A stretch of 63,741 bases of DNA, filler included, from Collodictyon triciliatum (taxonomy: Eukaryota): NCBI GenBank assembly GCA_043381765.1. It is 4 parts of 4 records of this genome, joined end to end, with 100 filler letters (N's around TTAATTAATTAA, not from the genome) between each part and the next. Parts side by side here need not be neighbours in the genome. Positions count along the whole stretch, not along the records: positions 20,212 to 40,278 come from JBHJMP010001260.1; 3 more parts are not named here. One strand, written 5' to 3'. Each line of letters starts with the position of its first letter. Position 1 is the stretch's first letter. The notes beneath the pieces were generated by a model, which made no database searches, was not told the origin of the DNA, and saw only the letters and a list, made by a program, of their open reading frames with translations. Shown piece by piece: positions 24,901 to 39,700 of this stretch. The translations under genes and the position numbers were made by a program.

Positions 24901-27754
24901 GGTTCGTTTCGGCCTCACGCTTCCTTCTCTCCTCTTCGATTTTCTGCTTTGCAATTACTCTCATTGTCTCTGCAAAACTTGGAAAGAAATTAAGGACAGA
25001 GTCAAAGTCCTCCTATGTTGACAGAAAAAAAAACAAATATTACGGTTATAAAAGTAGAGAAGTAATCTATTTAAAAAATTGGGCCTTATATGTTAGTCGT
25101 TGTGCAGTTGAACAGAAAAAAAAACCTTGGTCAATAGCAATAATTCACAATATCCGACCGCGCGAATAGTGGCTATACGTCTCGCCTTCAGTTCAAGTGC
25201 AAAAATTACATTAGCCAGATGAATGAATTCCGGGGATTATTTGTACCAGTAGTAACACCAGAAAAAACTGCATACCGCAAATAGTAATGCAATCTCGCCA
25301 AAGTAGCTACCCTCCTTCAACACAGCAAATACAGTCTTTCCATCACCTGATTTTATTTTACTGTATGTTATGATGATAAAGTAAAGAAGTAGAGCATATA
25401 TTGTCATAGAATCAGAGACAATTATAATTAAAAAAAGTTCCCTGGTCGTATAAATATTAAGAGGATTAATCAATCTCAGTAAGGACTCTAGGACTCACCA
25501 GAGACAACCTCTACTTCTCCTCTACTCAAAAAGTACATTTCTCTACCAATCTCTCCGTGACGGATTATTGTATCCCCAGCCAAAGCAACCTGGTGTTATT
25601 ATTATAATTATTTTTTGGAGAAAACATACACATTTTATTTTTTCTTTCGGTTCTACATAACACGATAAACTGATAGGGGTATCAAACAATCTTATATTGA
25701 ATAGATAAAATTAATTATAATGATGAATATTCTGCTGGGCGTTTTATTACTTGCGGCTTCAGCATGACGACTAAGGAATTGATGAAACCAGGCTCGTTGG
25801 TTCCTCTAAAAAGGGGCACATTTTCCACGAGCTGCGATCAGAAATAAGCAATTAGGATTTTACAGGAAATTTATCGCACTTGATTCGTTCAATTTGGGAA
25901 TGTTGTTCAAATCGTGCTAGGTAAACCTCTCTGTTCAAGTAAAGTGCGATTTCAGAACGTAAGGAGGACGGAAGTTCATTCAGAATAGAGTTTTCATCAA
26001 TTCCTATATTTTGCATACGTAATATTATGAGGAAAAGAAAGGAAATCAATCTTACATTTCAAACGAAAAAATAGAGCAAAACCTTTATGTCTGGACCATA
26101 TAACATCATAATAATCGATAATTCTTTTCCTAAGATATTGAGGAATGCATCGATATTTCATGTATTCGTGTAGAGAGTCCAGCTTTTCGCGGTATCGCGT
26201 AGCGCTTGCATCGAGTTGTGCGATGAGAGTGGCTTTGGTGGGTTGTGATAGCGGGTCAAAATTAAATTTAGAGGAAAAGACGAATATGCAAACAGTGAGA
26301 GTGAGCAAACGTTTTACAATTAAAGATAGGGCGGAAAAAAAAAAGGTAACGTGAACAAGGCTTTTCAATTTTTTTAATCCACAAAACGTACCCATATTAC
26401 CGAAGATTGTAGCATATATAGAGACACCAGTAATCATGGTAACAATAGTAAAACACTTCTCTGCATTCGAAATCGGAACGATATCACCAAATCCCACCTA
26501 CAAAATCAATCAAGAAATTAGGGATTCAGATGGTAACACCTGCGATACAAATTGATACATATATATGTGAATGAGATCGCCTATTACAGTTGTCATGACC
26601 ACCAAAGCCCAATATGCTGATGTAATGTATTGTGTAAAAAATCCCTTGTCAGCTATATTCGCCTTATCCACCCAAGTACCCTAAAGTGAAATAGGTTACA
26701 TAATGAATAAATGTTTCATGTCCACTTCTTTTCAAATGAAACGCCATATCGAAAGGACTGAAGTCAGTCTCGCATCAAAACTAGAATACTATCTGTTGAA
26801 TATGATGGGAAAAAAATTTTTGAACTGTTCCTTTGGTTTATCTCAGCGAAAGCCAAATTAACCTCTCCGAAATCTTCTAGTTTCGCTATATAGAACCAGA
26901 TGCAACCGAACCAATGGGCGAAAAGAAGCATCAAGAAAAACAGTCTGGAAATTCTAAGAGTTGCACTTTGTGAGCCTCTTTCTAGGGCTGAAAAGATCGC
27001 TGATATTTGAGAAAGCCTATTCACAAGTTCGTGATTGATTGATAAAAAAAAAAAAAAATTAGTCAGAGAAGGATACTATGAGCCCATAAAATTTCCTTAT
27101 CAAGTTCATTGAACAGGGGCTTTGTGATTGAAGACATATAATGACCTCAATATTCTGTTGATTCGACACCAAGGGATAGACTGGATTCCGTATCTCTATG
27201 GTTGGTGAAGAGGAAGTGGTGATTTAGCTTATTGTTTTCTTACAATTATGGTTTGTGTGCTGCTATGATGAAAAAGGAAGCTACCAGAGCAAGAAGATCG
27301 ATAGGTAGGGAAGCTAACACATGTAGAACAAGATCATTTTTAAAATAGCGACTGGCGATCAGCTTTCTGTCGGTGATGACTTTTCCTGTGCCATCCTAAG
27401 TGACGTTTTCATTTTAAAAGTATATATTTGTGATAAAAAATGGCAGGCTTTGGGCAGGATGAGCTTCATGTAAATAGACTTGGGGAATAACATTGAACAA
27501 GGTAGTTGTTAGTGAAAGGCTTACTTGTGTGTATGATGTTACAAAGCGCAGCCACATGTCGAATAGATAAACAAGATCCATAAAATAATCGATTGCAAGC
27601 CAGACTGGGATGTTGCTCCAATTGTTAAATCCCCACACCGCCCGAAGGGGTATTACTGTGCATTGAAAAATAATCGAAAAGGCAAGAAAGATGTTGCATA
27701 TCTTTCTAGGTGGCGAATCTAAATCAAGGAAGTTTGTGATGAGTGAAACCACCC

Positions 27755-27842
<88 letters not shown>

Positions 27843-29028
27843 TTTTTGTTTTTGTTTTTGTTTTTGTTTTTGTTTTTGTTTTTGTTTTTGTTTTTGTTTT
27901 TGTTTTTTTGTCTGTTCAAGTGTGTAAAATTCATTTACATGTTGGTATAATGATTGCGATCATTCTCCACATTCGGCGAATTAATTGACGTCGAGTATGT
28001 ATTAAGGAAACATCTGTTTCAAAACAGACAAGGTTTGGTATAATAAAAGAAAGTATTAATTACCAGGTAATAGTGTGAACTTCATGCATCTGGTGTTTGA
28101 GAATCGAAAAGCACACCACCTATTGATTATTGTTTCATTTCGTGCTGTAATGATAAAATATGTTCATACGCTTGACAAGTTCCTATCAATAAATGGACAA
28201 GAAACCAAACAATCGTACAAAGCAATTAGTGGAACATACTGCTCATAAATGGAGATGATGTTATCTTGCAATTGGCGCGCCACGGCAACAATCGGCCCAT
28301 CTTCTGTATGAGGATTATCAGGAAGCTCGTCCAAAAACATGAGTGGGCGGTTCCTGTGCAGGTTGCGCGAGCGCCAATGATCATCCATGTCAACTGGGTC
28401 GAATATGTAATTTGAGCTAAGACTGCGATAGACACAAGTATCGGATTTTTATTTCGCGATCATTATTCTCGATATATATTCTTTTTTGATGTCTGTCATA
28501 CACACTTTTGTTTTCTTTTTGTTTTTTTTTAAAAAAAAAAAAACTGACTATTTTGAGTCTTTTTTAAAACAAAGACTGAAACAGAAAATATGGACAAACA
28601 TTTTGATGCCACAGAAACTCTGTGAGTGTCTTTCTTCTCCCTGCTCATATCAGAGTATAAGCTACACGGCAGGTATTCCGACAAGTGGCGATGCTCCAAA
28701 GTACGATCAAAGAAGTTTCCGAGGCACAGAACGAAACCTGTGATTCTACCACGCACAAATAAGACGGTGTAAAGAAAAAAAAAGGCTGCTTGATTCAAAT
28801 CCTGGGAAAGTCGGGCGAGAAGAGCGCACCAGGGCCATGCGAATTAGTTATACATAGACCAGCGAGTGTGCGGGATGGTACGTCAAAATCGGCTGAACTC
28901 GAGTAGCTACGATTATTTTTTGCACTTTCTTTGCTTCGCTTAATTTTTTTTTTTTTTTGATGTTGTTGTTTTTTCTCTTGTTCGGGTTTCTGTTTGTGTT
29001 GTTTGTGGGAATATGGGGACATCTTCAT
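21941..29028 (-). CDS. Cyclic-nucleotide-binding-domain (KCNH/CNG-like) 6-TM K+ channel
   Basis: S4 CRINRILRLSQI; pore YITSAYWALVVMTT|VGFGDIVP; C-linker YMKYRCIPQYLRKRIIDYY and LPSSLRSEIALYL; CNBD GEIGREMYF...GSYFGEIALLFA|ARRIATIRAVGYCEL. The 5' start is uncertain (28388 or 29028). The low-complexity C-terminus probably continues across the gap to ~20.7 kb. Confidence 0.88.
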
Positions 29029-30230
29029 TGAAAACTGTTGCAGAAGGCTCTTGCATCATGTGGAATTTATATAAATATATTTATTGTAAATATTCCATAC
29101 AGTCTTTATTATTATACTGTATAATAATATAATACTAAAATTTAATTATAGTGATTATTATATTCTTACCATAAAAAAAGGTCGTTAGTTCATCAATTTA
29201 AATTTGTGACAAAATTCCCCTACGTTAAGACAGCATCACATCTACCATAACTTATATTACATGTATTATTGTAAAATCTAGCCGCAGGAGGCAGCAGCTT
29301 GCCCTTATTTACGCGATTTATTCATATTTACTATATATTCCATATTTGATTCAATTAAATGAATAATACGTGTGGTCTGAATATAAAAAGTGCAGAAAAT
29401 CGAGGGCATAAATAGTTCAATCCATCAGTCAATAGGTACTGAAAAACCACGTGATAGATTCACTCTCGCAACACAGCTCTGGCGCAAAGGATCATCACAT
29501 TAAGCAAACGGAATCCAACGACACAAGGTAACATTATTCCCATGATGAAATGCACACGCGACAGAACATTAAATCAAAAAGTCGAAGGAGAACGAGTAAA
29601 ATGGCTGCAGAAAATGAATCCACCTTGAGAAACATCTACCGCTTGCAGCGTGCAAGGGCAAAGTGTGCTTGTTCCTCGTCCTCGCTTCATTTCGAATGCG
29701 GGCGATAGAGGCGACTGGCACTCTTTTGTCTGCGCCGCTTGCTCACACAGCGGTAAGACTGTGGTATATGTGTGGTAGAGCAACATACAACAGAAGAGCA
29801 ATCCCTCGTCCTTCTACCTATCCTCACCCGCTCCTTTAATATACTTGTCTGTGCACCACCTACTTCTACCCAGCCACATCTCTCGCTGCCTGCTGAGGCC
29901 TCATAACGTAATTCTGTAGGCGTCTGCCCCCACTTAAGCTCCTCACCCTACCTACCAGCTGCGCGCGTACCAGCCACCCAATAAACCCAACACGACAACT
30001 ATATTACTGAAGTGGAAGCTAGTCACCTGCCGGCCTCTCAACCACCCCAATATTCCTCTCTGTCTTGTCCCAGACACCAGAAAGCAGCGCAGACTCTCAA
30101 AAGACAGACTCATAGCCAAGCCCCAAGCCTCTCCTCTTCAGTCCCAGCAAACAAGCCTTTTCGACCCACCACCGTCTGACAGCGCCTTCAGACTCACTTT
30201 TCCTTCATCGCGCAGCACGCGAGCCGCACA

Positions 30231-31396
30231 ATGATTTCCGGCCGCCTGATCGACGTGCGTCTGGTCTCTGACATCCTCGCGATGGTTGCGGTGTCCTTGG
30301 TTTGGGGCGTGACCAATGCTGTGATNNNNNNNNNNNNNNNNNNNNNNNNNNNNNNNNNNNNNNNNNNNNNNNNNNNNNNNNNNNNNNNNNNNNNNNNNNN
30401 NNNNNNNNNNNNNNNNNNNNNNNNNNNNNNNNNNNNNNNNNNNNNNNNNNNNNNNNNNNNNNNNNNNNNNNNNNNNNNNNNNNNNNNNNNNNNNNNNNNN
30501 NNNNNNNNNNNNNNNNNNNNNNNNNNNNNNNNNNNNNNNNNNNNNNNNNNNNNNNNNNNNNNNNNNNNNNNNNNNNNNNNNNNNNNNNNNNNNNNNNNNN
30601 NNNNNNNNNNNNNNNNNNNNNNNNNNNNNNNNNNNNNNNNNNNNNNNNNNNNNNNNNNNNNNNNNNNNNNNNNNNNNNNNNNNNNNNNNNNNNNNNNNNN
30701 NNNNNNNNNNNNNNNNNNNNNNNNNNNNNNNNNNNNNNNNNNNNNNNNNNNNNNNNNNNNNNNNNNNNNNNNNNNNNNNNNNNNNNNNNNNNNNNNNNNN
30801 NNNNNNNNNNNNNNNNNNNNNNNNNNNNNNNNNNNNNNNNNNNNNNNNNNNNNNNNNNNNNNNNNNNNNNNNNNNNNNNNNNNNNNNNNNNNNNNNNNNN
30901 NNNNNNNNNNNNNNNNNNNNNNNNNNNNNNNNNNNNNNNNNNNNNNNNNNNNNNNNNNNNNNNNNNNNNNNNNNNNNNNNNNNNNNNNNNNNNNNNNNNN
31001 NNNNNNNNNNNNNNNNNNNNNNNNNNNNNNNNNNNNNNNNNNNNNNNNNNNNNNNNNNNNNNNNNNNNNNNNNNNNNGAATGCCCCATTTACTGCACACA
31101 GTTCATGCTCTCTTTTGTGCTTAGATCTGTCTATAGTCTCGCCTGTGGCCAATTGTATGACGTTCGTGTTTACTGCGTTTGCAGAATCCTTTCTGTATGG
31201 AGCGAAATATTCCAATAGTACAGATTATTTACTCTTACACACATGTTTTCTTTGTTTAATCAGCAAATGCCCAGCAAATAATCAAAATATATTAGATCTC
31301 TGTCATCTTATACATAATATGTTGTTTGTAGGAGCTTTCCTCGGTATATTCCTCACCAGTGTCGGTGTTCTGCTATGTGCCATCAGTAAATTGTAG
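30231..31396 (+). CDS. TMEM234: TMEM234-family small membrane protein (middle in gap)
   Basis: N-terminus AMVAVSLVWGVTNA and C-terminal exons DLSIVSPVANCMTFVFTA and FLGIFLTSVGVLLCAISKL* match the TMEM234 motifs (WG.T, L...P..NS..F.FT, G..LC). Confidence 0.75.
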
Positions 31397-32750
31397 GCTT
31401 AGAAGGCTCACTGCAAGTATAAAAGAGACAAAAGAAAAAAGTGAAAGGAAACCAAAAAAAAGAAAAAGAAGAAAAGAGGCATAAGAAACACATACAAAAA
31501 AAAAAGAGAATATTTAAAATAGTGATTTTTTTTTGTGTAGTTTAGTGGGTTGCGTTGGATTGACCTTCAAGGATTACTAAAAACATAGTTATGTTTAACC
31601 ACAACCACAGCGTCAGAGGAAACAAAGTCGAAGTACTAGAAATATTGGTATGGATGGTGATGACCTGGCATCCCACAAAGTCATTACTGAGAAAAGTTGG
31701 GATAATAAATATAACACTGATATTTTTATTACACCTTTTTTTGTGGGGAGGTTGGGATTGAAGGTCACTTTTTTTTACTTGACCAACCCGCAGGTTTTTT
31801 TCTATTTTATTCTGTGACGACTAATAGATACGACACTCGTGCGTCACAATCCTTGTATCTTTTCTCATGATGATTTTTTTTAAATAACCTAATTACAAAA
31901 CAGAAATCCATCATTTGTCATCAAGAGCGTGTTGCCAGCCAATGGATGGCACGTCAAAAAGCATCACACTCTCGTATTTGTTCATCACCTGCAATCGCCT
32001 TGGTTGCCGTTTTCGCTCCCTTCTCATGCAAACAGTCCGCTGGATGACTATTAATGAGAAAGCGACAGCTAACTATCTGACGCATGCGAGCGTGTTATCT
32101 TGTCAGATTTGACGTGGAGGTGCGATGATGGTCGTTAATGTGAGTCACGCCCCAATAGAGGCTTGCCCATTCTTTCTTACGCCAAGGCACATCACCATTC
32201 TCTCTGTCACCAACATACATAAGAGTTCCTCAGATGATGGGGGCTTAATGTTCTTGGATTTTTTCAGCATAAATGCCATCAATCGCTAAAAGAGACATGG
32301 GTGACTCATGCGTGAGACATAGGAGACTGTCACGTTTAAAAGGATGTTTTATAAGAAAGCCAAACAAACCGAATAGTTGACTGGCGGTGTTTCCTCCTCG
32401 ATTGTTTTTTTTTGGGGGTTGCCCCTTTCTTCTCCGCTCATATCCAGCAAAGAAGAGATGCTGTTTATTGCCACCATTTTTGCTCTGTCGGATACACGGC
32501 GTCGATATATATCGTTTGATTTGGGGCAGTCGATTACACATAGTTATTTATTCGAGCATGAAACAAGCTGAGGGTACTCCCGGCGGTTCAATACTTCATT
32601 TTTCATTATAAAACCCATAGAGATATAGCTAGATAAAAAGAAGAAAGTAGGAATAATGCAACCGGTTGCGTGTATTTCAGAACAAATAATCGCCAACATC
32701 CAAACATTTTTGTGTCAATTGGTGCTTGCATTTGACTTTAAATTTAGATA

Positions 32751-35700
32751 ATGGCCTTCCGTATTGCCGCTTCATTACTTTTCATCATAGTTTTGTTGTC
32801 CAGTACTGGTGGGTACAGTTCATGATGACTTGCATGTTCCATTCACGCGTATATGCCAAAAAAAATCACTGCAAAGCAAGTAAACATACACAATTAATCA
32901 ATCAATTAATCAATCAAATGAATATATTCGCAGCCCTAGGGGACCTGTGCTCGAACCAAGATGACGGCTATACGTTCCCTTCACCGAATAGTTGTGGCAC
33001 ATGTACCTGTGCGAACAGAAGCGCAGTTTGCATCGAAAGAGACTGTGAAAGCAGCCCTGAGCCCTTGGAAATCAACTGCATCATGAATCAGAAGCCGGTC
33101 CGAGGCATCCCTGTTGTTCCTTTTTGCAATCTAGAGATAAACTCTACGAGCCTTATTGCCATCAGTGCCGCTGCTCCTGTAATTGTTGGATGTGTTTCCT
33201 TGGATGCAATGTGCACGATGCAGCAGAAATTCGCAAGAAGCCCAGATGGAAGAGTCTATGAATTCAACTCATGCATACCAGATGACTTTGTTCCCGTCTA
33301 TGTAGATTGCCAAGGTATATTTATTGCCTATGTCCACTTGATATCATCGACCCTGACGTAACTTTCATGCGAACATGTCTCTTGATTACGAGCCCGACAA
33401 ATGGTGTACAAGAGCCCCTATATTTTCAATTTTTTTTTTAATATCTACAATAGCTCATCTAGTTTAATATGTGATGATAGGTATCAGTAGTGATTGTACG
33501 GAAGACCAAGGGATCTTATTTGCTGTTCCGAAAACTACTTTCTGTCGTGCTGGAAATGATATTGCTCCCATCCCAACTGCAGTTGGCTGTTTGAGTCCCT
33601 CCGAGCTTTGTTTAGATTCTGTGACCTTTGCGTACAACACAAAAGGGATTGAATATGTATTTACCTCTACATGCATTCCGAAATCTTTTACGGCGGTCCA
33701 AGACAGTTGCTCAAGTATGCGTTTATCACAAACGTTCCCATAACTTATTTTGACACTGCTTTATGATGTGTTCGCTACAGCTGTTCTTTTTTTTCCTGCA
33801 CTTTGAACAATTCTCTTGTATTTTTTTATAATCGTATCTTGCGCGATAAAAGCCATCACTTGTGCGGATGGCTCTCAGACTCTCTATGCAACACCTCTCG
33901 AGACATACTGCAGCAAGGGTGATGAGGAATCTGGCACTCAGCTGCAGGTTGCTCTGGGATGCACACGAGGGATATACTGCACTGAAATGGTCACATTCGC
34001 ACAAAGCCCGACTGGTGACAGGTACGTGTTCCCTACCGGATGCTTACCGAAAGGATTTATCCCGTTCAGTAGTGCTTGTGAAGGTAAAGCACACGAGTCA
34101 GTGCGAATCTTTCTATTCGACATAGCATGCCATGTATATTTCAAAAGCTTGGCAAAGTCCAAAGCACATTGTCCAAAGCATAATCCTTACTTTCTTCTAG
34201 TCTCCTGCCCAGATTCCCAAGTTGTAGTGAGCGCTAATCCCTTTGACCTGTCATGCGCATCGACAATTTCAAGTCCCATTCCTGTTGGTTGCGTTGATAA
34301 AGGAGCCCAGTGTCCGCGGATGGTAACCTATGCTACGGATTCCACCGGAAAGCTATTTATTTTCAATGATGGTTGTTTTCCTGAAGGATTCACAGTAGCG
34401 AATGATATTCCGACATGCGAGGGTAGATTTTTTCTCGAAAAAAAAGTGAGAAATAGTCATCTTCACAAGATATACCTTAGTTATGAAAGGTCTTGAAGCT
34501 TTCTTTCCAAATAGCTATCACTGGCTGCCCCGCTCAATCTCGCCCGTATCGTGCTATTTCAGCATCACAATTTTGCTCTCTCGGCACGCAATCAGAAAGT
34601 GAATTAGTTGGATGTATACCAAGCAACCTAATGTGTGCATCTTTGCCGATATTTGCCATAAACCCGAAGGGAGTGCTTTACTATTTCCCCTCCGGGTGCG
34701 CGCCTGTTGAATTCACCATCGTCCCTGCCGATTGTGCCGGTATCCATCCTTTTCTAACATTGAGTTTGAAGAAAAAAAAAACGAATTACAATTGCGATAA
34801 TTCTTTAAATTAAAACCACTTATTCTCGTTGCCAAAAGATATAATGGCTGCGCAGTCATGTCTTGAAAACCAACGAGTGCTCACAGCGACACCACATCAA
34901 CACTTTTGTTCTGGAGGAGAAAATATTCCGTACTTTGGGGTTGGTTGCATCGAACGTGACGCCATTTGTACGCAAGGAATCACTTTCGCTCAAAATCCAA
35001 AGGGAGATGTGTTCGTCTTTAAGGATGGTTGTGTCCCTGACTCCTTTAGTCCAGCTGACCAGACATGCCCCGGTTTTCGTCCTTCTGTTATAATGATTTA
35101 GTAAGAGCGCATAAAGCTGGGGTTGATTATCTGTGCTAATTTCTAATTACTCAAGGTGTCTGCGATGAAGGATTCAAACCAGTGACAGCAGTCGATGCCA
35201 ACGCATCGTGCTGGGGAACACCTCCAGGTGTCTCTGTGTCTGAATCTGTTGTTGGGTGCATTGGCCAAGATATGCTTTGCTCGTCTGTGGAAACATTCGC
35301 AATAGAACGGAACACAGGAATGGTCTCCATTTTTTCGTCGTCGTGCCTTCCTTCAAATTATGAAGGGATAACTTACATCGCTGACTGCGAAGGTTTTTAC
35401 CCAAAAACATTCTCTAGCCTAATACCATTACGCTTTTCTTACTAAACTATGAGAAGGAGCGAGCACGCTTTCATAGTACTGACTTTATCGTTCCGCTAGA
35501 TTTAATATGCTATGGTGTTGATTGTGGCTCTGTCAATCGAGTTTGCCAAGCATTGGTTGTTGAGTGTTTCACAACACCGTGCCCGCCAATTCCGTACTGC
35601 GCGGAACCGTAATACCTCCGCTTTCGATATATGTAAGGACTTTCAAACACGCTACGCATTTTTTGAATTGCATTCATTCTGATGTATAGTGCATGCGCTG

Positions 35701-36229
35701 GGAGGTCTCCGTACGAGCTTTTTATGAACGACTGTGGAGCCACTTGCAGTTGCGATGATACTGGGTGCGCATTCATCAATATTAAAAGAAAATATTACAA
35801 AACTATGCTATACACACGCCAAAACATGAATTTATGCTTCCTATATAGTCAAGCCGATTATAATTGTATAGGAAGTCCATTTGTGATGGTTGCACCAACA
35901 GGTCTTCCTTTGGCGGAGATGTATACATTCTATCCTTGCGAAATATATGAACAAATTGTGCGCCTTTGTTTGGTGCTTAAGTTTTGGTGAAATCTTTTTG
36001 ACTTTTGTTTGGTTCTTGAGACTGTTGTTTGTTCCTTTTCTGCCTTTTCTTAATCAATTCGCATTTGAATCAGGCCCAATCGATTGCGATTGTCGCGGTT
36101 GGCTCGGCCGGCTTTGCGGCTGCATCAGCGAGTGCCTTCATTGGGTACCGCAAGTATTTTCACAAAGACCGGGCGTTCTCGTTCCGTTCGAAGCCATCTT
36201 ATGCTACAATGCAAGACGAAGCTGTGTAA
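32751..36229 (+). CDS. Type-I cell-surface protein with seven 6-Cys repeat modules
   Basis: Signal peptide MAFRIAASLLFIIVLLSST|A. Seven repeats of C..A.P...FC...VGC....C...TFA..P.G..Y.F...C.P..F....C, then a CFTTPCPPIPYC exon, a TM segment (SIAIVAVGSAGFAAASASAFIGY-RK) and a short tail ending TAA at 36229. Confidence 0.8.
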
Positions 36230-36700
36230 ATCTGACAGAAGTCCGGGCATGTCAAGGATTTTGTCTCTTTCTCTCTTACATCAACTCTTTTGTCTCAAAC
36301 TTTCCACTCACTAATCATACCATGTCGTTTTATCACGAAGATACTTTTTCTCTTACTATCAACTCGCCATCACATTCCCACCCTCGCCTTTTCATATTAA
36401 TGCCATTTTCTCCTCTCAAAGTTCTGGCAGTTTGAGTAAACTACAAAAGAATACCCAAATCTTGGTTCAAAAACTTGGTGGCATACGATTGTACATAGAA
36501 TATCAATTGACTGCCGATATAATATAATAAAATAGAGCGAAATAAAAAACAAATCAAGAAAACAAATCAAGAATCGATTTTTCCAATAATTAGGTGTATT
36601 TAGTACACTGCCATGGGAATTTGATATCACCAGCAAAATCAACTGACCCATTGAGGCTTGTTCTGTCCAGTTCATCAACCAGCGCAAGGTGGGGTTTCAT

Positions 36701-39700
36701 TTACCAGACCGGGCCCGTGTCCCCAGTTTCAAAGGACTCATGTAAAAGTTGTCTCGAGGCACGAGAGCGAGACTGCGTCGTGAATGAAGATATTCGAGAC
36801 GAGCGCGGAGCAGGGGACGATGGATTCGAGTATACGATTGTTCGGTGTGTGGAGTAGAGTTGCTGGGCAGTTTTTGGTCGGGTCAGCCGTGATTTGAATC
36901 TATTTGTTCATTTATTTTTCATCTTTAATTTTTGTTCCATCATCATGATGATGTAGCCAAGCATGTTGTATTATCCTTTTGTTCAATTCTTTTTTACTCT
37001 CATTTTTCTTAGAGAAGGGATAATTTTGAGCATACTTTCTTCGAGCTATAGACATTAGCCTGACAAATGTTTCTTTTGCATGGTAGCATTCACGAGAGCT
37101 GGCGTATTCTGTTACCACAAGTGTCCCTTTTCTAACCTAATGCATAGTTAAAAGGTTACAAATAACAGAGTCTTCTGAATTCACTTCCCTTTCAAAAGTG
37201 TAAAACTTTGTAGCTAAGCATGTGAGTGGCATTTGATTCAAATTGCAGAGTCGGCTATGGAGAAATCATATTAATTTCGATAATGTTTTCTTTGATGTGT
37301 ACTTTGCGAAGCAAAGAAGTGTAGTATCTCCAGTGGATAAACATGATTGCTTTCATTCTGTAATATCTGTACTCCATTGAGGCAATGTGTCGCACTCGCT
37401 CAACAACCCTGTTTCCGTGATAAAAAAAATAGTTCACTGATTTTTCTTGTGAGATACGCGGCTCTACAAAAATAAACTACAAGGGCCAAGAGCGCTGATT
37501 CATCAGAAACATACTGTCTCTTTGAGAAAATCTTCCATCTTCGTATTATTTGCTTCGCTTTGTTTGTGAGATAATTTAGATAAAACAAATCTGCCTTCCG
37601 AACTACAAGACCAATAGTAACAATGAAATGAAATAAAATACATAATTGTATTTGGTTAGTGGGCCTATTAAAAACATCCTATATTCTATACCTAATTTGA
37701 AAAAGAAAATCAAGTGCCTGCATTTTAATAATAACATTATATGGAGTTAAAAAAAAAAGAAGCGCGTCACCATACCTGCTTTTGTTTCTAACAGCCAAGT
37801 GCGATAAAATCGACGAATAAGTTTTTTTCTTTGCGATTGCTGAGATATGGTCAGCAATTCAGTATAGAATCTTCGAAAAAGGACATAGAGTATGTCAAAT
37901 AATATTCTAGATGTATTCTGCTCATACCTGGACTCGCTTAAAGCTTTCATGGAGGTATTTAGACTGTTTATGCTATTTTACAAAAATTGCAAGATTTTAC
38001 TAAAAGACTTATTATCAAGAAGCAAAATGTGACTTTTTTTCTCCATTAATATTTTCATAGATAATTACCACATTGATTGCATATCTCCACCAAGCAATCA
38101 AAACTTTCCTTAAAACAAAACGGCGCCTCCAGGACGTAGCAACGATATATTTTCTGTCAAAAGACACAAAGTTTAATCTCAATATTCAATTTTTTAAAAG
38201 CTAATTACAACCAATGTAGTAAAACTTCAGAATAAACCTCTCTCTACTGAACTTGATGCTTGAAATATATTTTTTCCAAGCACAAAAGCACCGACGCAGA
38301 AGAAAGTGAGAGTAGTGACCATACGATTTGGAAACCCCATTCCGGAGATTTAATCTGACATGGCAAGAAAAAAAAAGGTGATTTATAATCCTCAATTAAT
38401 GACTTTTCTTCTGGTTATCTAAATATTTTAGAATCAGTATTATCGTAAATAATAGTATGACATATACTGAATTAGAGGACCCATTGGACAATATCCTTAC
38501 ATGTCTCTTAATCTATGAGAAAATACTGAAAGTGTTTTGGATAGTATTCTCCTCCTTATATTTTGTGCGACTATTTCCTCTATAACTTTTAGCTGGCTCT
38601 TTTTTCGAGTATACGCAAACCAGAGTCGAAGAGCCTATTATAATGTTGATTGAAAGTATCTTAGGGATATTGTCTTTGAACTTTCATACGTCGTAGTTAT
38701 ATACTCGTTTTTTTTTTAATTTTCTCTCAATAAACTGTTGAAAAGAAACCAAAAAAAATCGTTTTTTAATTTAAAATGCCTACAAACCTTCAAACACAGA
38801 CGGTTATTATAATGTTTCATCGACCTTTTTGGGTTTTTTTTAATGAGTTCGTAAAGATGATATTTTCTAGTGCTTTGAGAAATTCTTCGGAGCATATTTC
38901 ATACCTGTGTGCAATTGCTTTCTTTTTCCAGTATTGAAATATCGCCTTTCTTTGTTTCATGGAGAAGTAGCCATTTGCGGTCATCTATTCAGTCAACATT
39001 TTTTTTAAAGATATATTTAATTTATTTTTTTTTGGTTTTGGATATGTTAGAATTATGTCTTCTTTTTGATGATGATGATGATGACCTTTTGTCTTTGGTA
39101 CAAAATTAAATCCATCCACGCATGAAAAATGTCCGCCAAGAAGCGTTTCCTCTATGTATTGCTTCATATTATACACATGTATTTTATTGTGGTATATTGC
39201 GCAATAGGATACGATGTTTTATCCCCATTCTTGACAAACCACTTTTTGAAGGAGTTTGAAAACACTGGACATTTGCTTTTTCCGTTGATGTCGTTCATGT
39301 GAAAAGTCTCTCCATATTTTCCTTTGCGACAATTTAATATAAATATTTTAATATAATCTCCAAACATATTTTTTAAAAACAAAATACCAGAACCGAATAA
39401 ACTTTAAATTAGCTATTTGCAAAGTTTTTAATATGATGATTGTGTCTAATTTACCAATATTTCTTTAAAGCCCTTCCATCATGTCGTGCTCTAATGCTTT
39501 TCTCTGCATGTTGCCTAATCGTTTTCTTGAAATACGCAAGGTTCCTCCACCTTTTTTATATAAAAAATAAATAAAAAGAAATGGTTCAATCGAAATAGTG
39601 ACACTTTTTCCTCATTTATAGCAAAAAATAATAATAAATATAGGCACTGTCTCAATTATAGAATAACCAATCGATATATATATATATTCATACACATTAA

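Noticed and set aside
29760-30081. C-rich ~320-bp segment starting TGTGGT with an internal AATAAA (solo-LTR-like)
   Set aside because: No clean terminal inverted match, no target-site duplication, and no second copy in the window.
34740-34838. GTATCC donor (and GTATCTTT at ~24261) as additional U12-type introns
   Set aside because: The donors deviate from GTATCCTT and there is no CCTTAAC-like branch site near the acceptors.
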